Of a DNA stretch of 18,361 nucleotides, positions 13,950 to 18,361 are shown in pieces. Origin of the DNA: Candidatus Micrarchaeota archaeon. GTDB lineage: Archaea > Micrarchaeota > Micrarchaeia > Anstonellales > Bilamarchaeaceae. Location: NCBI GenBank assembly GCA_040754495.1, contig JBFMCO010000044.1, positions 1-18,361 of the forward strand, given 5' to 3'. The notes under the pieces are model-generated. The model did no database searches. It was not told the DNA's origin and was given only the letters and a program-made list of their open reading frames with translations. The position numbers were made by a program, and so were the translations under genes. Each line of letters starts with the position of its first letter. Position 1 is the first letter of the stretch.

Positions 13950-15155
13950 ATGAATCCGGCGAAGTACGACATACATAGCATATCAAGGCGGCTGAAAACT
14001 GCCTTGAAGCTTATCGATGGGGATAGCAATCTCATCCCAGAGAACAAGAAGCTGATTCTTGACTTTGACAAGTATATCTTGAGCCTGGGCCTTAAACCAG
14101 AAAGGCGCTACAAGTACCTCCACCAGCTCAGGTGGCTGTCAAAGATGCTGGGAAAGCGGTTCGCAGATGCCACCAAGGAGGACATGATTCGAATCGTCGG
14201 AGGGGTCGAGAAGGAGAATATAACCGAATGGAGCAAGGTTGACCGGAAAGTAGCGATAAAGCGGTTTTACAAATGGTTCAAATGCAACGACGACTCTTAT
14301 CCCGATGAAGTCCGATGGTTCAGATGCCGGATAAAGAATGACCGTTGCATGTTGCCCGAGCAGCTCCTGAACGAAGAGGATGTCAAAAAGCTCTCCGACG
14401 CCGCCATCCAGCCTAGGGACAAGGCGCTAATCCAGGTTCTTTACGAATCCGGCTGCCGAATCTCTGAGATATTGACAATCCAGATAAAGAACGTCAGCTT
14501 CGACGGGGCCGGGGCGCTTCTCAGGGTAACGGGGAAGACCGGAGACCGACGCGTAAGGATAGTTGCATCAGTCCCAGCCTTAGCCGCCTGGCTTGAGCGC
14601 CATCCTTACAAAGACGAGCAGGACGCCTACGTTTGGCTCAGATACCTCCATAGAAACGCGAAAGACACCTATCCGCTGGGCTATAACTCGGTTCGCCATC
14701 TCCTTATCCGGCTCGCCTCGGACGCTGGCGTAAAAAAGCGCGTCAATCCCCACCTTTTCAGGCATTCCCGCGCTACCTCCCTCGCTAACCGGCTAACTGA
14801 GGCCCAAATGAAAGAGTTTTTCGGCTGGGTTCAAGGCTCGGACATGGCCGGGGTGTATGTCCACCTTAGCGGGAGGGACGTTGACGACGCAATCCTGAAA
14901 ACCTACGGGAAAAAAGCGCCGGAAAAGACTGAGCAGCCTAAGCCAAACGGTTTCGTCTGTGAGAGTTGCAACACGAGCAATATCGCTGGCTCAAAATTCT
15001 GCAACAATTGCGGGAAGGCCTTTGGAAATGAGCTGTGGGTCGAAAAAGTAGCCCCTCCCAAAAGGCAGAGCAATTTCATGGGCCAGTTGATGCAAGACCC
15101 GGACTTCCGCGACCTGATGCTCAAGAAGATGGCCGAGGCCATAACAAACGAATGA
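13950..15155 (+). CDS. Tyrosine recombinase/integrase with C-terminal zinc ribbon, 401 aa
   Basis: ESGCRISE (R), GKTG (K), HLFRHS (HxxR), FGW (W at the His/Trp position) and VYVH (catalytic Y); CESC...FCNNCG. SD GAGGTG at 13938-13943. Confidence 0.93.
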   Translation: MNPAKYDIHSISRRLKTALKLIDGDSNLIPENKKLILDFDKYILSLGLKPERRYKYLHQLRWLSKMLGKRFADATKEDMIRIVGGVEKENITEWSKVDRKVAIKRFYKWFKCNDDSYPDEVRWFRCRIKNDRCMLPEQLLNEEDVKKLSDAAIQPRDKALIQVLYESGCRISEILTIQIKNVSFDGAGALLRVTGKTGDRRVRIVASVPALAAWLERHPYKDEQDAYVWLRYLHRNAKDTYPLGYNSVRHLLIRLASDAGVKKRVNPHLFRHSRATSLANRLTEAQMKEFFGWVQGSDMAGVYVHLSGRDVDDAILKTYGKKAPEKTEQPKPNGFVCESCNTSNIAGSKFCNNCGKAFGNELWVEKVAPPKRQSNFMGQLMQDPDFRDLMLKKMAEAITNE

Positions 15156-15163
15156 GGTGAAAA

Positions 15164-16321
15164 ATGATGATATACAACCCGTTTACGCCGAAATCTGGGA
15201 TAGAGCCGCGTTTCTTCATGGGACGCGAGAAAGAGGTCGAGTTCTTCAAGAAGGCCTTGAAGGACACCGAAGCAGGACGGCCTAGCCATTTCATTGTTAT
15301 CGGAGGCTGGGGGTCTGGGAAGACTAGCCTTCTTAGGGAGTTCAAGAAGATTGCCCAGCAAGAAGGCTCGGTATGCTCTTTTGTCTCCATGAGAGGGTTT
15401 GAAGGCCGCGACACCCTACGTGATAGCATAGAATACCTGGTAGGCGAGGTCGCCATACGCCTTCCCCTCGATGTAAGCAAATTGACCAAATTCACGAAAG
15501 AGCTGAACTCGGTAGGGGTAAGCATTGCGGGAACCGGATTCCAGTTTTCGAAAGACATAATCCGGGGCGACCCTCAGACTTTTTTCTATTCGAATATGCT
15601 GAACCTTTGGTCAGACCTCAAGAACGAGACCAAAGTAGTTGTTGTCCTGATTGACGACGTTCAGAATCTAAATTCAGTTTCAGTTGCCATGAGCGTCATA
15701 AGGAACACTCTGGCAGACGAGAAGATAGTAAAAGAGACTAAATTCCTCTTTGTTCTCGCATCAACGCCGGACGGCTGGAAACCGTTCTTGCAGAGAGACC
15801 ATCCCATAGGGCGGTATTTCACGCCGAGAATGAAGCTAACAAATCTCAGCGAAGCGGAGACGACAAAACTGATAGAGACCTACTTGAAAGGCTCTGGCGT
15901 CAAATTCTCCCAAGAGGTCAAGAAAAAGGTGTTTGCGTACACGCGAGGCCATCTCTATGAAACTCAGGTCTTGTGCAATCACCTTTTTGAGAACCAGCTC
16001 AAGGGAGAAGTTAAAGGAGATGCTTTTGAACCAGCCCTCATAACGACCCTTGAGACGCTAGGGGAGGAGATTTTTGATAATCTTTATGATTCCGCAAGCG
16101 AAAGAGAGAAACGAGTTCTCGGAATTGTCGCAATCTTAGGTGAAAACACCCACCTAAACGGGATAACAAAAGAAGCAAAAGAAAGGCACCAAATTTCATA
16201 CGATGCCGTTTGTGTCAGCCTTGAAAGGTTGGTGAATAAGGGAATTATCAATAAAGCCCACCGGTCTGTTTATACAATTGAGGATACGCTATTCAGAACT
16301 TATATCGTTAAAGTGAGGTAA
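15164..16321 (+). CDS. P-loop ATPase of the archaeal ATPase/AAA_16 type with probable C-terminal winged helix
   Basis: YNPF...FMGREKE, Walker A GGWGSGKTS, Walker B VVLIDDVQ; C-terminal SLERLVNKGII...YTIED..F. SD GAGGTGA at 15154-15160; alternative ATG at 15167. Confidence 0.85.
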   Translation: MMIYNPFTPKSGIEPRFFMGREKEVEFFKKALKDTEAGRPSHFIVIGGWGSGKTSLLREFKKIAQQEGSVCSFVSMRGFEGRDTLRDSIEYLVGEVAIRLPLDVSKLTKFTKELNSVGVSIAGTGFQFSKDIIRGDPQTFFYSNMLNLWSDLKNETKVVVVLIDDVQNLNSVSVAMSVIRNTLADEKIVKETKFLFVLASTPDGWKPFLQRDHPIGRYFTPRMKLTNLSEAETTKLIETYLKGSGVKFSQEVKKKVFAYTRGHLYETQVLCNHLFENQLKGEVKGDAFEPALITTLETLGEEIFDNLYDSASEREKRVLGIVAILGENTHLNGITKEAKERHQISYDAVCVSLERLVNKGIINKAHRSVYTIEDTLFRTYIVKVR

Positions 16322-16323
16322 GT

Positions 16324-16366
16324 TATCAAAACTATCAATTTTTCAACTTTTTTGATAGTTCTGATA
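16324..16366. repeat. 15-bp inverted repeat (14/15) with a 13-nt T-rich spacer between convergent genes; candidate bidirectional terminator or protein-binding site
   Basis: TATCAAAACTATCAA (16324-16338) and TTGATAGTTCTGATA (16352-16366). Confidence 0.65.
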
Positions 16367-16379
16367 GTCGAGGCTGACT

Positions 16380-18023
16380 CTATTCAAACAATCTTTCTAA
16401 GTCGTACTTCAGATGTTTTGGCACGGCATCTTTCATGTCATCATAGCTTGAGCGTACCCTGAAATAATCTCGTTCCCCGTAAGGTATTTGGCTGTATTCG
16501 GATTTATCGAATTTTTGATATGCGATATCAAAAAGTTTTCTCACTGGTTCTTCATCGAATTCAAAGAAATTCTCCCGTAATTTCTCGCCAATATCATGCA
16601 TCTTGAGAGAATTCGTAATGTCCGGGGTATCGTCGTAAATTAGCCTGAGTACATGGAAAGTTGCATACTTATGGAATCTCTGGCGCTTTTTCCCTCGATA
16701 ATTCTTACCGATATAAGAAACAAGTCTCCAAACCAGGTAGGGTAGAAGGTAGTCGATAGCCGTTTTATTTTCTTTGAATACATCGTTGAAGTGAGACGTG
16801 AACAAATCATCTTCATTTGCTTGAGCCGAATGTGGGGCTTTCACTATCGCGGTGTTTGCCCTTAAAAGCTCTATATTCTTAATGCATTCAAGACTAGCGA
16901 TTCTCCTAGATTTACCCCGTTCTTGTTTATACTGTCCCTCCTTTCTCTCAAAATAATACCCCAAATCTTCTAATTTTCTCTGGAGGCGCACTTGAAGAGG
17001 GTGGTTTGACTTTAAGATTCTCTCGTCAACAGGAGTTTGTCTGTTATTGGCCTCGATTATGGTGTCTATAAAATTCTGGTTTATCAATTCGTCTCCAATC
17101 TCAATAATTTTGGCAAAAATCAACGCATCCTGAACAATGTTTGGTGCTAATTCCCCAATTGTGCTAACAGTCTGACAACCGTTAATTATCTGAGGATTTT
17201 TTAAGATAATTTTGCTTGCATTTTTAGTTGCTTTCTCGGATAATATCGTAACGCCGTTATTGAAGTACCAAAAGTTTTTGGGTTCTTTATTTAATGTTAA
17301 TTTCATTGCTGTATTTGCTTTTTTTGAAGTGCCATAGAAAATCCTGACATTTCTTGAGAAAAGTTTTTCTTTCCATTTTAAGTATGCCTTTCTTAGAACC
17401 TCAGCACGGATATTGACTATATAAGACTTAGGCACTCCTGGCCCCTCAACAATATTCTCAAAATCCAATTCCACCTCCCCTAGTTCGGGAGTATGTCCAT
17501 GACGCCATTCTTCGTATTTTCTTTCGATTTCTCTTGAACTGATTAGCTCTAGTCTCATGTCAGAAGGCAGATAAATCTCATAATGGGGGTTCATTCTATG
17601 CGTAGTAATAAAGAAAAACTTCAACGTATACCCCTGTTCCTTGATTAAAAGTAATGCTTTGTCAAGTTTTTCTCTTAATGAGGTGTGAATATAGTCTCTA
17701 ATTTTATAGAAGTCCTCTTTTCCAGAAAGATACTCGTATATCTTGGATGTTTTGGTTAATTCGTCTTTATCAAACGGAGAAGACCCTATCTCTTTTGTAA
17801 ATTTGCTTTGAATAATTTTTACGTTTTTTTGAGTATAATCAATTACTACTGCATCGCTCCCAGCGTCTTTAGGCCTATCGGTAATACATTCCCATATCTC
17901 GGAATCGGGTAAGTCCTCACTGGCCTTTAGATACCAAAATAAGAAGGCCCTGTAGTCTTTAACTTTAAATTTGGAAACGATATCCTCTATCTCTTGTAAA
18001 AATAAGTCTTTCCAGATAGCCAT
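16380..18023 (-). CDS. AIPR-family (abortive infection phage resistance) protein, 547 aa
   Basis: NVRIFYG, EPKNFWYFNNGVTI, PQIINGCQT, NNRQTPV and YFERK motifs; N-terminal DAGSDAV...IIQSKF resembles a PD-(D/E)xK-like segment. ATG 18023 lies about 23 bp from the TATTTAAATA palindrome (18042-18051). Confidence 0.88.
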   Translation of the reverse strand: MAIWKDLFLQEIEDIVSKFKVKDYRAFLFWYLKASEDLPDSEIWECITDRPKDAGSDAVVIDYTQKNVKIIQSKFTKEIGSSPFDKDELTKTSKIYEYLSGKEDFYKIRDYIHTSLREKLDKALLLIKEQGYTLKFFFITTHRMNPHYEIYLPSDMRLELISSREIERKYEEWRHGHTPELGEVELDFENIVEGPGVPKSYIVNIRAEVLRKAYLKWKEKLFSRNVRIFYGTSKKANTAMKLTLNKEPKNFWYFNNGVTILSEKATKNASKIILKNPQIINGCQTVSTIGELAPNIVQDALIFAKIIEIGDELINQNFIDTIIEANNRQTPVDERILKSNHPLQVRLQRKLEDLGYYFERKEGQYKQERGKSRRIASLECIKNIELLRANTAIVKAPHSAQANEDDLFTSHFNDVFKENKTAIDYLLPYLVWRLVSYIGKNYRGKKRQRFHKYATFHVLRLIYDDTPDITNSLKMHDIGEKLRENFFEFDEEPVRKLFDIAYQKFDKSEYSQIPYGERDYFRVRSSYDDMKDAVPKHLKYDLERLFE

Positions 18024-18092
18024 AATCAAGATTCTCTCTTATATTTAAATACTTTTTTTGTTTGTTTGATGATGGCATATAGCGTGTTTCTA

Positions 18093-18131
18093 TTTCCGCA
18101 GAAATCCGTTTCCGCAGCAATTTTTCCGTGG
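18093..18131 (+). repeat. Three spaced direct repeats TTTCCG(CA/TG)G in the divergent promoter region
   Basis: TTTCCGCAG at 18093 and 18109; TTTCCGTGG at 18123. Confidence 0.5.
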
Positions 18132-18196
18132 CTGTTTCACATATGTACGCGAAATCCAATTATATTAATCCTGAGAGCTTCTTTCGGGGTGGATAA

Positions 18197-18361
18197 ATGA
18201 GGACACAGAGGGAGGTTTTCGAGAAGATTCTACATGCAGTGAGCGCAGAGCCGCTTTCCTTCATGAAACTATGTCGGCAATGCGGATTCAACTACCGGAC
18301 AATGAAGAAAAGCCTTGAGCTGATGGAATACCTCCAAAGAGAGCAAAATAGGATTGAGATT
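18197..18361 (+). CDS. Partial ORF (3'-truncated), winged-helix/HTH-like protein
   Basis: Manual translation MRTQREVFEKILHAVSAEPLSFMKLCRQCGFNYRTMKKSLELMEYLQREQNRIEI with no stop before the window end. GGGGTGG SD-like motif upstream. NYRTMKKSL resembles an HTH recognition helix. Confidence 0.55.
   Translation, partial: MRTQREVFEKILHAVSAEPLSFMKLCRQCGFNYRTMKKSLELMEYLQREQNRIEI

Larger units (their letters stand above)
13793..18361. mobile_element. Left part of a tRNA-His-integrated genomic island or provirus; right end lies outside the window
   Basis: Tyrosine integrase starts about 160 bp after the tRNA 3' end. GC drops in spot counts (40/60 at 721-780, 26/60 at 16081-16140, 20/60 at 17221-17280). 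Cargo is defence-type. No second copy of the tRNA 3' end was seen in the window. Confidence 0.78.

Noticed and set aside
13565-14071. 168-aa minus-strand ORF across the tRNA
   Set aside because: Antisense to tRNA-His and the integrase start, with no protein-like motifs.

Overview
Archaeal chromosomal segment, judged from GGTGA/GAGGTG Shine-Dalgarno motifs, TATA-like boxes about 22-28 bp before start codons, a LonB-type ATPase, a short XPF and a CCA-less tRNA. A DPANN/Micrarchaeota-like origin is only an inference. Positions 1-7.8 kb hold a translationally coupled nitrogen/amine operon (GATase-II+GXGXG glutamate-synthase-like fusion, AblB-like GNAT, nitrilase-family hydrolase, APC permease), two divergent cation antiporters and a GpgS-like glycosyltransferase fused to a HAD phosphatase. 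Positions 7.8-13.5 kb hold a protease-less LonB-like ATPase, a small membrane protein, an intergenic region with two covarying hairpins sharing a 19-nt loop sequence, a wHTH protein, a UPF0175-like/PIN pair, XPF, a beta-CASP nuclease and a DUF4234-like protein. From 13.6 kb: a 105-nt highly structured element bracketed by an 11-bp duplication of the tRNA 5' end, tRNA-His(GUG), and the left part of an AT-richer tRNA-integrated island (tyrosine integrase, P-loop ATPase, AIPR protein, partial wHTH). All family assignments come from motif recognition by eye; no database searches were run.
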